The notes: generated by a model from the letters alone, not told the origin. A stretch of 64,000 bases of DNA from Polyangia bacterium (GCA_036494575.1 DASXOE010000041.1:662-64661), one strand, 5' to 3'; numbered from the stretch's first letter, positions 27,058 through 36,328 are shown. Made by a program: numbers and translations.

Positions 27058-28602
27058 TCAACGGATCCGATCGTTGAGCACGGCGCGCAGCTGCTGGGTC
27101 TCGAACGGTTTCTCGATGCGCTGGTTCGGCACGGCGTCGAGGAAGGCGCGCGCGCCCGCCGTGAAGGCGCCGCCCGTGACGAAGACGATGCGGGCGGCCT
27201 GCTCGGGGGCGAGGCGCGCGAGCTCGGCGTGCAGCTCCATGCCCGTCATCTGCGGCATCATGAGATCGCAGATGATGACGTCGAAGCGCTGCCCGTCGCG
27301 CAGCCGTATGAGCGCGTCGCCGGCGCTGGCGGCGAGTGAGACGTCGTGCTCTTGCGCGATCGAGCGTGCGATGGCCTTCGCGAACAGCACCTCGTCGTCG
27401 ACGATGAGGACCCGGCCGCGTCGCGCGGCCGCGGAGACGGGCAGGGGTGCGTGCGGAGTCGCGGTCTCGGCGCTCGACGGCGGCAGGAGGACGCGGAACG
27501 TCGTGCCCTTGCCGCGCTCGCTCTCGACCTCTATCTCGCCGCCGAGGCCGCGCACGATGCGGTGACAGATCGACAAGCCGAGGCCCGTGCCCACGCCGAT
27601 GGCCTTCGTCGTGAAAAAGGCGTCGAAGATACGCGAGAGGTTTTCAGGTGCGATGCCCATGCCCGTGTCGCTGACCTCGACCGAGATGCGCCCCCCCGCG
27701 TCGACCTTCGTGACGACCCGGACGGCGTTGTGCTCGGCGTCGCCCTCGGGGATGGCTTGGGCGGCGTTGACGATCAGGTTGAGGAAGACCTGCCCGAGGC
27801 GTGCCTCGTTCGCCTCGACGGGCGGCACCGGGCCATAGTCCTTGATGAGCCGCGCGCGGTGCCGGATCTCGTTCCAGGCCATGCGCAGCGAGGACTCGAG
27901 CACGCGCTGAACCTCGACGGGGCCGCGGCGCTCCTCGTCGGGCGCGCGCGAGAAGATCTTCAGGTCGCGGATGATCTGTCGCACGCGCTCGGCGCCGTCG
28001 CGCGCGTCGCGCAGCTCGTCGATGACGTCGGCGAGCCGGTGGTCCATGCCGGGCTCGGCCGCGAGGTCGCCCACGGCCTTCGACATCAGCTCGAGGTTCG
28101 CGCAAATCGCGGCCAGCGGGTTGTTGATCTCGTGGGCCACGCCCGCGGCGAGCGTGCCGACGGACGCCATGCGATCGGAGATGAGCAGCTGCTCTTGCAT
28201 CTTGCGCTGCTCGACGCGGCGCTGGGCTTCGCGCAGCTCGCGCTCGATAGCGGGGCAGAGGCGCGCCAGGCTCCCCTTGAGCACGTAGTCGCTCGCGCCG
28301 CTGCGCATGGCCGCGACGGCCGTTTCCTCGCCCACGGTGCCCGACACGATGATGAACGGCGTGTCGAAGCCGCCCTCGCGCAGGAGCTCGAGCGCCGCCG
28401 GGCCGCTGAACGTCGGCATGACGAAGTCCGAGAGCACGATGTCCCACGGCGCGTTCGCCAGAGCCGCACGCATGTCGTCCGCCGATTCGACCCGTTCGTG
28501 AACGACGGCGTACCCCCCGCGTCGCACCTCGGCGAGGACGAGCTCCTCGTCGTCGGAGCTGTCCTCGATCATGAGGACGCGGATGCCCCGTCCGGCGTTC
28601 AC
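27058..28602 (-). CDS. hybrid sensor histidine kinase/response regulator (REC-HisKA-HATPase_c-REC)
   Basis: IRVLMIEDSSDDEEL...VLSDFVMP; H-box LAAGVAHEINNPL; N/G boxes VFLNLIVNAAQA, DTGMGI, GTGLGLSI; C-terminal REC RVLIVDDE...IICDLMMP. Confidence 0.93.
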   Translation of the reverse strand: MNAGRGIRVLMIEDSSDDEELVLAEVRRGGYAVVHERVESADDMRAALANAPWDIVLSDFVMPTFSGPAALELLREGGFDTPFIIVSGTVGEETAVAAMRSGASDYVLKGSLARLCPAIERELREAQRRVEQRKMQEQLLISDRMASVGTLAAGVAHEINNPLAAICANLELMSKAVGDLAAEPGMDHRLADVIDELRDARDGAERVRQIIRDLKIFSRAPDEERRGPVEVQRVLESSLRMAWNEIRHRARLIKDYGPVPPVEANEARLGQVFLNLIVNAAQAIPEGDAEHNAVRVVTKVDAGGRISVEVSDTGMGIAPENLSRIFDAFFTTKAIGVGTGLGLSICHRIVRGLGGEIEVESERGKGTTFRVLLPPSSAETATPHAPLPVSAAARRGRVLIVDDEVLFAKAIARSIAQEHDVSLAASAGDALIRLRDGQRFDVIICDLMMPQMTGMELHAELARLAPEQAARIVFVTGGAFTAGARAFLDAVPNQRIEKPFETQQLRAVLNDRIR

Positions 28603-29048
28603 GCCGGCCTCGCGGGGGGCGGCAGGTTGAGCAGCATCCAGTAGACGCCGAGCTGGCGTGTCGCGACCACGAACTGGTCGTAGTCGACCGGCTTGCGCAC
28701 GTAGCTGTTGACGTGCTGGTCATAAGCGGCGAGGCGATCGCCCTCCTCCGCGGACGAGGTGAGGACGACCACGGGGAGGTGCTTCGTTCGCGGATCGGCG
28801 CGCAGGCCCGCGAGCACCTCGAGCCCGCCCACGCGCGGCAGGTTGAGGTCGAGGAGGACGACGGCGGGAACGTCCACGGGATCGCGCGCCGCCCAGCGGC
28901 CGCGACACAGGAGATAGTCGAGCGCCTCGACGCCGTCGGTGAGCCGCACCACGGGGTTCGAGACCTTCGCCTCCGAGAAGGCCATGATCGTGAGATCCGC
29001 ATCGTCGTCGTTGTCCTCGACGAGCACGATGGTCTGCCGGCTCGTCAC
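28599..29048 (-). CDS. single-domain response regulator (CheY-like receiver)
   Basis: TIVLVEDNDDDADL...VVLLDLNLP...YVRKPVD. The ORF extends to TTG 29138, but GTG 29048 with GGAG 7 nt upstream fits the family N-terminus better. The stop overlaps the HK start. Confidence 0.85.
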   Translation of the reverse strand: MTSRQTIVLVEDNDDDADLTIMAFSEAKVSNPVVRLTDGVEALDYLLCRGRWAARDPVDVPAVVLLDLNLPRVGGLEVLAGLRADPRTKHLPVVVLTSSAEEGDRLAAYDQHVNSYVRKPVDYDQFVVATRQLGVYWMLLNLPPPARPA

Positions 29049-29252
29049 GGCGGCGCTCCGAGGCGCCGACAGGAGAGGTCGTTCGTTGCGGCCGTCATTT
29101 TCCGCCCTCGACAGGATCGCGCGAAATGATCTCCGCAATCAAGCTTTGCGATGTACGAGACGCAAATCCAACGGTCTATACAGTTGTGGTTTCGAAACCG
29201 ACACCTCGAGATGGAGAAAGAATGTTACCGAAGGGCAACAACGAGCGCGGTT

Positions 29253-30140
29253 TTAGCGTTCGGCGGCGAGCTGCGCGCGGAACTGTTCCTCTGCTCCGGC
29301 AACGAAGCGGCGATAGCCGTCAGGGTCGACGAACGGATTTCGGGGCGCGCCGTCGCGCTGTCGCGCGCGCTTGGAATCCATGCCGTAGAAGGAGCCGTGA
29401 ACGCCGAGAAACACGTCGCACGGGAGTGCCTTCCAGACCTCGAAGCTGTGGGTGAAATCTCGCGCTATCTCCGGGTAGCGGACGTTGCCGACGAGACGCA
29501 CTCCCGAATTGATGTTGGCGCTCGGGAAGAAGACGACGTCGAGGCGGCGCGCGGCTGGGCCGCCCTCGGGCGCGGCCACCCGCATCGTCCAGGTCACGGC
29601 GCCGCGCGTGTGACCCGGCGTCAGATGCGCAATGAGCGTCGTGCCGCCGAGCGTGAGCTCGTCCCCGTCGGCGACGAGGCGATCGACCGGGCACGGCGTC
29701 CAGCTGTAAACGCCGTCATACACGGCTTCGCCGCGGCCGCCCGCGGCCAGCACCTCGCCGTCGCGCGCCGAGGCGACGACCTGCGCGCCCGTGAGGCGCC
29801 GCACGAGCGCGTCTCCCTGGACGTGATCGATGTGAGCGTGGCTCGTCAGCAGGAAGCGGATGTCCTCGAAGCGGAAGCCGAGCGCGGCCACCTCCGCGCG
29901 CAGGCGCGGAACGGACGACGCGAACCCGCCGTCGAGGAGGAAGTGTCCGGCCGGCGTCGTGATCAAGAACTGCGCGATCTCGCTGCTGCCGACGTAATAG
30001 ATGTTGTCGATCACGCGGTAAGGCGGGAAGTCGCGGTTCCAGGTCCACATCTTGCCCGGGACGCCGCCTTGGCCTGCGCAGCCGCCCAAGACGAGAGCCG
30101 TGAGCGCGAAGCCGGAGAGCAATCTGGCGGTCTTCAGCAT
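29253..30140 (-). CDS. subclass B3 metallo-beta-lactamase-fold lipoprotein
   Basis: Lipobox LVLGGC. DNIYYVGSSEIAQFLITTPAGHFLLDGG, TSHAHIDHV (HxHxDH) and LTPGHTRGA give an L1/B3-like pattern. Confidence 0.85.
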   Translation of the reverse strand: MLKTARLLSGFALTALVLGGCAGQGGVPGKMWTWNRDFPPYRVIDNIYYVGSSEIAQFLITTPAGHFLLDGGFASSVPRLRAEVAALGFRFEDIRFLLTSHAHIDHVQGDALVRRLTGAQVVASARDGEVLAAGGRGEAVYDGVYSWTPCPVDRLVADGDELTLGGTTLIAHLTPGHTRGAVTWTMRVAAPEGGPAARRLDVVFFPSANINSGVRLVGNVRYPEIARDFTHSFEVWKALPCDVFLGVHGSFYGMDSKRARQRDGAPRNPFVDPDGYRRFVAGAEEQFRAQLAAER

Positions 30141-30410
30141 CGTGCCCTGGGGATAATGGCGCGCATTTGTTTCGACGGGGCGAAGGAAGCGCCGCGGACG
30201 GCAACTAACCTCATTGTGCGAACCGCGCGCGAGCTGCCCCGTGAAGGTGACCTACCCGAAGAACGCCCTGATGAATCCGAGACTGGCAAGCGCGCGTCGC
30301 CTGAAGACGTGCAGCCGGTTCCTTCCGGGGCGGACCCGATGATTCAAAACGCCATCGATCGGCTATACCAAAAGCTCAAGGGTTTCCCGCGCTGAGGAGC
30401 GGCGCGTCCT

Positions 30411-30460
30411 CGCCTGTCTTCCCTTGTCTTCCCTTGTCTTCCCTTGTCTTCCCTTGTCTT
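30411..30460. repeat. 5 x 10-bp tandem repeat (cccttgtctt; first copy imperfect)
   Basis: cgcctgtctt cccttgtctt x4 read directly from the sequence, in a 383-bp region with low GC3 in all frames. Confidence 0.95.
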
Positions 30461-30523
30461 GGGCCCCGTTCGGCGGAATGATCCTCCCCGGCCTCCGCGA
30501 GCGATCGGAGGCATGGAGGGTCG

Positions 30524-31435
30524 GTGCGCCCGTACTTCGTGTTCGCCGTCATGCTTTGGATCACCGTCGGACTTGGCCGAGGGGCGCAGGCCTGCCCGCC
30601 CACGGTTCGTCTGAGCGGGGACGAAAGTCTCATCGCGGAGGTGACGCCGGTGCTCGTCGAGCGCGGGATCGCGCTCGACGAGGGCGCGTGTCCGGCGCTC
30701 GTGATCACTCTCGCAAGGAGGGGCCAGACGATCGCCGTTCGCGATGTGTCCGCGGACGGTCCGGCGAGCGCGCGCGAGGTCACGGACGTGAGGACGGCGG
30801 CCACCGTGATCGAGTCCTGGGTCCGCACGGACGTCGAGGCGCCGCTGCTCGAGCCCCGGCTGTCGCGCGACAGCGAGCCAACGGGAGGAGCTTCCACCGT
30901 GGTGGCCACCGGGCCGCCGGCCCGGGGACGAGGGTTGCAAGTGTTCGCCGCCGGCGAGGCTGCCTTCGCGAGCGATCACAGCGACTGGCTCGGCTTCGAG
31001 CTCGGCGCGTGTTTGATGCTCGGGCGCACGTGCGCGGGCGCGCGGGCACGCTTCTCGGCGGTCGCAGACGGCCGGGGACCCTGGGAACGGGCCGTCGACC
31101 GGCAGGTCGTCGAGGCCCTCGTCGGCCTCGACCTGCCCGTGCGCCTCGGGCGCGCGACGCTGTGGCCCGGCCTCGCCGTGGGCGCGGGGCGCGCGCAAAC
31201 CCACGAGGAGAGCGCCGAGCGAACCCAGGAAGGCGGCCAGGCGACGATCGGTTTACGCGGCGAGCTCCATCTCGCGTTGTCGGTCGCAGTCAGTCGGTCG
31301 CTCGCGGCCGAGACGAGCCTCTCCCTCGAGGCTGCCCGAACGGTCCGCACCGAGTCGACCTCGAGAGAGCCGCTCCCCGGCGACGCGCGCGTGCTGGCGC
31401 ACGCGGGCGTCGGCCTCAGGTTCGGGGCCCCATGA
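30524..31435 (+). CDS. hypothetical secreted protein (N-terminal alpha/beta-like domain plus Gly/Ala-rich beta C-terminus), ECF-module partner A
   Basis: 303 aa. GTG start with signal VFAVMLWITVGLGRGAQA. The stop overlaps the sigma-factor ATG (ATGA). Its architecture resembles 51531..52556. Confidence 0.65.
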   Translation: MRPYFVFAVMLWITVGLGRGAQACPPTVRLSGDESLIAEVTPVLVERGIALDEGACPALVITLARRGQTIAVRDVSADGPASAREVTDVRTAATVIESWVRTDVEAPLLEPRLSRDSEPTGGASTVVATGPPARGRGLQVFAAGEAAFASDHSDWLGFELGACLMLGRTCAGARARFSAVADGRGPWERAVDRQVVEALVGLDLPVRLGRATLWPGLAVGAGRAQTHEESAERTQEGGQATIGLRGELHLALSVAVSRSLAAETSLSLEAARTVRTESTSREPLPGDARVLAHAGVGLRFGAP

Positions 31436-32025
31436 GCGGCAAGCTGGTCTCCCTTCGCCGTTTCGGCGACGCCGCGGCCGCGATGTCGGACGAGGCCCTG
31501 CTCGCGGCGAGCGCCACCGGCGATCTGGCGGCGCTGGACGCGCTGTTCGAGCGATTTCACGTCGCGGTCTTTCGATTCCTCGGCAGGTTGGCCGCCGCGG
31601 ACGAGGCGGCTCGTGACGACCTCGTGCAGGCGACGTTCCTCGAGGCGCGGCGCGGAGCGAAGCGCTTCCGCGGCGGCTCCTCCGTGAAGACGTGGGTGCT
31701 GGGCATCGCCGCCAACCTCGCGCGCCAGCACCTGCGCGGCGAGCGACGCCGTCGCGAAAAGCACGCCCGCTACGCCGATGGTCTGCAGGTCGTCGTGGAG
31801 CGCCCCGACGAGCATGTCGAGCGGCGCGAGATCCTTCACGAGATCGAAAGTGCGCTCGGGAGTCTGCCGCACGATCTGTGCGTGGCGTTCGTCCTGTGCG
31901 ACCTCGAGGACATTCCCGGCGTCGAGGCGGCGCGCGCGCTCGGTGTTCCGCAGGGAACGCTGTGGCGGCGCCTTCACGTAGCGCGGAAGGCCGTGCGCGC
32001 CGCCGTCGAGAAGGCCACCCGGTGA
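31432..32025 (+). CDS. ECF (group 4) sigma factor A
   Basis: Part of ORF 30424..32025. LFERFHVAVFRFL, DDLVQATFLEARRGAKRFRGGSSVKTWVLGIAANLARQHLR, and region 4 IPGVEAARALGVPQGTLWRRLHVARKAV. Confidence 0.9.
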   Translation: MSGKLVSLRRFGDAAAAMSDEALLAASATGDLAALDALFERFHVAVFRFLGRLAAADEAARDDLVQATFLEARRGAKRFRGGSSVKTWVLGIAANLARQHLRGERRRREKHARYADGLQVVVERPDEHVERREILHEIESALGSLPHDLCVAFVLCDLEDIPGVEAARALGVPQGTLWRRLHVARKAVRAAVEKATR

Positions 32026-33173
32026 CCCGTTCCGCCTGCCCGTCGGAGGACGAGGCGCTGCAGCCGCCGGGCGACGCCGAGCTGGACCGACACGTCGCGA
32101 CCTGCCCGCGGTGTCGCGCCACGCGGGACGAGCTCCTGCGGGCCATCGCGCTCGCGAAGGCGCTGCCGTCGAACGTGCCCGGGGCGGCGCGCCGCGAGGA
32201 GGTGCGCGCGAGCTTGCTCGCGACCGCGGCGGCCGAGCCCGCCGCGGTCGCGCCACGGACGTCGTGGGCGGTGGGAGGCATCGTCGCCGTCGCCGCGGTC
32301 ATCCTCGCGCTCGGGCTCGCGCGGGGCCGACGGCCGCCGGAGCCTGCGCGCTCGCACGTCGTCGTGCGGCCGGCGAGCGGGGCTCGCTACGCGATCGCAT
32401 CGCCACCGCCGCTCGAGACGATTCGACTCTGGGACGGGGCCATCGACCTCGACGTGCAGCCGCTGGGGCCGGGCGATCGCGTGCGCGTCGAGGTGGGCGA
32501 TGGCGAGATCGAGGTGCGCGGAACGCGCTTTCAGGTCGCGGCGGAGACAGACCGGCTCGTCGGGGTCGAGGTGACTCACGGTCGCGTCGAGGTCCGCCCG
32601 CGCGGCGCAGCGCTCGCGACGCTCGGGGCCGGCCAGAGGTGGCGCGCCGCACCGCGGGCGGCGCCGGAGAGGCCGTCGCCGCCCGCCGAGCTTCCCGTCG
32701 CCGAACCGCCGCGCGCCATCGCCCCGCGGCTCCGCCGGGTGGCGGCGCGGGCCGAGGCGGGCGTCGCTCGCGCCCTCGCGCCCACGCGACAGGAGGCCCT
32801 CTACGACGATGCCTGGGACGCATTGCGGGCCAGACGCTTCGATGAAGCGGCCACGGGGTTCGGTCGCGTCTTGGCGGAGTCGCCGTCCGGGCCGCTCGCC
32901 GACGAGGCCGGGTTCTGGCGGGCCATCGCGCTCGCGCGCGGGAAGAAGAACGCGGAAGCCGTCCCGGCGTTCCGGGCATTTCTCGCGACCTATCCGGCGT
33001 CGCCCCGGCGCGGCGAGGCGTCTGCGATCTTGGGCTGGCTGTTCGTCGATGCACACCGGATGGAGGAGGCGGCGGCGCTCTTTCGGACGGCCGCGCAGGA
33101 CCCGCACGAGAGCGTGCGCGCAAGCGCGCGCGAAGGCTTGGGCGCGTTCGCGCGATCCTCCGCGGGCCGCTGA
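32022..33173 (+). CDS. anti-sigma factor (zf-HC2, single TM, FecR-like domain, TPR-like C-terminus)
   Basis: GTG 32022 overlaps the sigma stop (GTGA). HVATCPRC (HxxxCxxC); TM segment WAVGGIVAVAAVILALGL; FecR-like segment EIEVRGTRFQVAAE...VEVTHGRVEV. Confidence 0.82.
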   Translation: MTRSACPSEDEALQPPGDAELDRHVATCPRCRATRDELLRAIALAKALPSNVPGAARREEVRASLLATAAAEPAAVAPRTSWAVGGIVAVAAVILALGLARGRRPPEPARSHVVVRPASGARYAIASPPPLETIRLWDGAIDLDVQPLGPGDRVRVEVGDGEIEVRGTRFQVAAETDRLVGVEVTHGRVEVRPRGAALATLGAGQRWRAAPRAAPERPSPPAELPVAEPPRAIAPRLRRVAARAEAGVARALAPTRQEALYDDAWDALRARRFDEAATGFGRVLAESPSGPLADEAGFWRAIALARGKKNAEAVPAFRAFLATYPASPRRGEASAILGWLFVDAHRMEEAAALFRTAAQDPHESVRASAREGLGAFARSSAGR

Positions 33174-33486
33174 TCGGGGAGCATGCGCCCTCCGTGCGTC
33201 GCCGACCGACGGACCGAGACCAAGTATAGGAAGTGCGCAGGCCTTAGAAAACGGCTCACGCGAACGTCGCGTAGCGTGCGTTTCATCCGGGAGGGCTGCG
33301 CCAAAATACCGCGAAGGGATCACCGACCACGGCAACGCGAGCGGACACGAGCGGATCGGTCTGCAAATTCGGCTTTCCGCGGACCGGAAACCTGTTGCCG
33401 GGTCTCTGCCACTGACGTAGGTTCGGCCAGAGATCCGGCCAAGCGACGCGTGTCTCGTCGCGCCGTTCGAGGAGGAGGTTCGCTCG

Positions 33487-33930
33487 ATGATCCGCTCGAT
33501 ACCCCGAGGTACCGCCCTGTTGATCGCGATCGTGTGTGCGTCGTTGACGTCGCCGCTGACGCGCCGTGCTCACGCGGCTGCGGCGCCCATCACCGTGACG
33601 GCCAAGCTCGTCGAGATTCCCTCGAGCTTACCGCCCGACGATCTTTACGATTACGCGTACGTCATGCGTTACGAAGTGATCGGTGGGCCGATGGACAAGC
33701 AACTCATCCTCGTGGCTCATTACAAACCGCGGTTGCCACGCGCGAAGATCAAGGACGGCATGAAGGCTCACGTCGGCGGCAAGCTCCGCAGCTTCACGAA
33801 GGGTGACGTTCACAAGCTCAAGCTCACGCCCGATCTGAAGGCGATCTGGAAGGGAGCCGTCATCGACGATTTCGCGGCCACCGATCGCAAGAGCGTTCGC
33901 TACTGGTGCTTGGAGGCGGATCCCGCGTGA
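33487..33930 (+). CDS. hypothetical small secreted protein
   Basis: 147 aa. gaggaggagg SD and signal peptide ...LIAIVCASLTSPLTRRAHA. Consistent high GC3. First gene of the 33.5-46 kb cluster. Confidence 0.7.
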   Translation: MIRSIPRGTALLIAIVCASLTSPLTRRAHAAAAPITVTAKLVEIPSSLPPDDLYDYAYVMRYEVIGGPMDKQLILVAHYKPRLPRAKIKDGMKAHVGGKLRSFTKGDVHKLKLTPDLKAIWKGAVIDDFAATDRKSVRYWCLEADPA

Positions 33931-34976
33931 GGAGCCTCCGGACGCTGCTGCTCGTCGTCGGCTGCGCCTCCATTCTTTTTTCCCTCGGCGCGAAGGAGGT
34001 CGCGCGTCGTCGTCTGTCGGCGCGCCTCGCGCGTCTCGAGCGCGCGCCCGGGGCGGCGTGCGTCGCGTTGGACGAGACGGCGCTGGCGCCGCGGGTCGCG
34101 CGCCTCGGGCCGCTCCTCGCGGGCTGGGAGACGATCGGCGGCTGCGGCGCGGGCGGCGGCACGAATGGCGCCGGAGTGCGCTGGATCGGCCGGAACACGA
34201 CGGGCGGGCTGTTCCAGGTCATCAGCCTCGACAACTACATCACGATTCCAAGGAGCGGCCCGACGGGCCCCGCTCTCGGGGGCTACAACGTCATCAGCAA
34301 CAACCAGATCACGCGCGACTTCACCGACAAGTGGAACGCCGGCGTGTCCATCCCGTACGCTTACAAGTGGTACCGCGATCCGTTCGGCACTGGCTGGGTG
34401 TCGAACGCGGGCCTGGCAGACATGAACGTTCTGGCGACCCGACGCCTGGGCACGGACAACTCGACCCTGCTCTCGGGAATCGTGACGCTGCCCACGGGGA
34501 CGTACCGGGCGGCGTATCGCGGCGTCGAGCTTTCTCCCGACGAGCAGCTCGGCTTCGGGCGCTTCACCGGGTCTCTGCTCCTCGATCACATCTTCGACGA
34601 GGATTGGGGCATCGTGCTCGTGGGCGGCGCCGCGAACTACCGCGGGGGCAGAAACTCCGCGGCCAATTACCGCGCGCCAGGCGCCACGCTCTACGGTTAC
34701 GCCGGGTACTTTCTCGGTCCCCTCGTGCCCGCGCTGGGCCTGAACCTCGTCGGCCAGACGCAACAGGATACACGCGGCGACTTCGGCGAGAATCTCAACA
34801 CGCCGGTGCTCGCGGGCGCCGCGCAGGCGTCGGTCGAATGGTCGACCCCGTACGTCGCGGTCCTCCTCGGCGCGTACATCCCGGTGGCGCTGCTCAACGA
34901 GAACTGGCACACGTCGGGTCACTTCGACCTGCAGGCGTGGGTGGTCGCGCTCGGCCTGTCGGTGTCTCCCTTTTGA
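33927..34976 (+). CDS. putative outer-membrane beta-barrel protein
   Basis: GTG 33927 overlaps the upstream stop (GTGA). Signal/lipobox-like LLLVVGCAS, alternating beta-strand pattern, and an aromatic C-terminus ...ALGLSVSPF. Confidence 0.6.
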   Translation: MRSLRTLLLVVGCASILFSLGAKEVARRRLSARLARLERAPGAACVALDETALAPRVARLGPLLAGWETIGGCGAGGGTNGAGVRWIGRNTTGGLFQVISLDNYITIPRSGPTGPALGGYNVISNNQITRDFTDKWNAGVSIPYAYKWYRDPFGTGWVSNAGLADMNVLATRRLGTDNSTLLSGIVTLPTGTYRAAYRGVELSPDEQLGFGRFTGSLLLDHIFDEDWGIVLVGGAANYRGGRNSAANYRAPGATLYGYAGYFLGPLVPALGLNLVGQTQQDTRGDFGENLNTPVLAGAAQASVEWSTPYVAVLLGAYIPVALLNENWHTSGHFDLQAWVVALGLSVSPF

Positions 34977-35131
34977 GTCATGACGCGGGCGCTCTTCAGA
35001 GACCGCAAACGGCCGGGCGCGCTCGGGGAGATCGTCCCTGTCGACGCCATGGAGACCCTTTTCGCGCGGCGGGGAGTCTCTGTAGGAGTGGACGCGCCCA
35101 AAGCAGAGTTGCACGCGCGATGGGAGGCCCG

Positions 35132-36328
35132 ATGACGCCGACGAAGAAGAAGACGACGATGAGGCAGGCTCGTGACACGTCGCGCGAAGTTCGATGGAAC
35201 CGAGTGGCCGCCGTCGCGGGCTGGCTCGTTGCGGCGAGCGGCCTCGCGTGCGGCGTCCACGGGGAAGCTGACACCGTCGGGAACGGCGCGGCGGGAAGCT
35301 CCCAGACGGGCGCGGCCGGAAACATCTCCGTGAGCGGAGCGAGCGGCAACGGCGCGGCGGGAAGCGTGGGGACCACGGGCGCGGCCGGCACGACGACGGG
35401 CGCCGCTGGCTCGACGACGGGCGCGGACGGCTCGACGACGGGCGCGGCCGGCTCGACCGGCGCCGCGGGCGCGTCTGGGACGGGCGCGGCCGGCGCGTCA
35501 GGCGCCGCGGGAATGGCGCCGCTCTCCGGCATCACCGTCAACATCGGCGGCACGAACGTCCCCAAGGAGAACGTCATCGCGTTCATCAACTTCGGGCACT
35601 CGAACATGGCCGGGCGCGGCGTCAGCCCCGCGGATCAACGAACGTTCTTTTTCGGTGCCCCGGACCCGCACGCGTGGATGTACCACAGCGGGAAGGGCTT
35701 CCAGCCGGCCGTCGAGCCCAACACCGCCGGTGACGGCGGCAACATGGTCAACGGAATGGTTTCGGGCGGTCTCAGCACGCCCCTCGTGAAGCAGGCCGCG
35801 GCCCTCGCGCCCGGCAAGTATTTCGTGACGATTCCCTTTGCCCAGGGCTCGGCCTATTGCTCGCAGTTTCTTCCCAATGCGCTCTACTACAACAAGCTCA
35901 TCACGGGCGCGAAGGAGCTCAAGGGCAAGGTGACGTTCGCAGGGATCGTCATCCTGCTGGGCATCACCGAGCGGCACGGCACGCAGGCCGACATCAACAA
36001 CTATCCCCAGTGCATAAGCACGCTCGTGACCGCCATTCGCAACGACCTCGGTGAGCCGAACCTGCCCCTGCTGCTCAACGACTACGAGATGGGCACGACC
36101 GGCCCCCTCGCGCCGACGAGCGCGTTCGCGCTGGCGATCCGGCCCAAGATCCTCATGGTGCCGAGCGTCGTCACGAACTCCTTCATCATCCCGACCGACA
36201 ATCCGATCGTCCAGATCGAGGACGACAAGTCGACGGACGACGATCACCACTTCAGCCTCGGCGGCCACGAGGAATACGCGCGTCGCCTGTTGCAGACGAT
36301 GAAGGACAAGGGCTTCTTCCCGTGGTAG
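35132..36328 (+). CDS. SASA/DUF303-family (sialate O-acetylesterase-like, CE6-like) carbohydrate esterase lipoprotein
   Basis: 3' part of ORF 34058..36328. gggagg SD; lipobox LVAASGLAC; ~90-aa (G-A-A-G-S/T)n linker. Then INFGHSNMAGRG (GxSNMxG), AGIVILLGITERHG and DDHHFSLGGHEEYARRL. Confidence 0.75.
   Translation: MTPTKKKTTMRQARDTSREVRWNRVAAVAGWLVAASGLACGVHGEADTVGNGAAGSSQTGAAGNISVSGASGNGAAGSVGTTGAAGTTTGAAGSTTGADGSTTGAAGSTGAAGASGTGAAGASGAAGMAPLSGITVNIGGTNVPKENVIAFINFGHSNMAGRGVSPADQRTFFFGAPDPHAWMYHSGKGFQPAVEPNTAGDGGNMVNGMVSGGLSTPLVKQAAALAPGKYFVTIPFAQGSAYCSQFLPNALYYNKLITGAKELKGKVTFAGIVILLGITERHGTQADINNYPQCISTLVTAIRNDLGEPNLPLLLNDYEMGTTGPLAPTSAFALAIRPKILMVPSVVTNSFIIPTDNPIVQIEDDKSTDDDHHFSLGGHEEYARRLLQTMKDKGFFPW

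Noticed and set aside
29151-30395. 414-aa plus-strand ORF, and the 79-aa sub-ORF from ~30157
   Set aside because: The upstream part is antisense to the B3 MBL. The downstream part has low third-position GC (many att/gaa/cct/ggt codons), unlike every confident gene here, so it was treated as non-coding.
30411-30460. Possible CRISPR array or minisatellite
   Set aside because: The 10-bp units are directly abutting with no spacers and are far shorter than CRISPR repeats. No cas genes are in the window. It was kept only as a tandem repeat.
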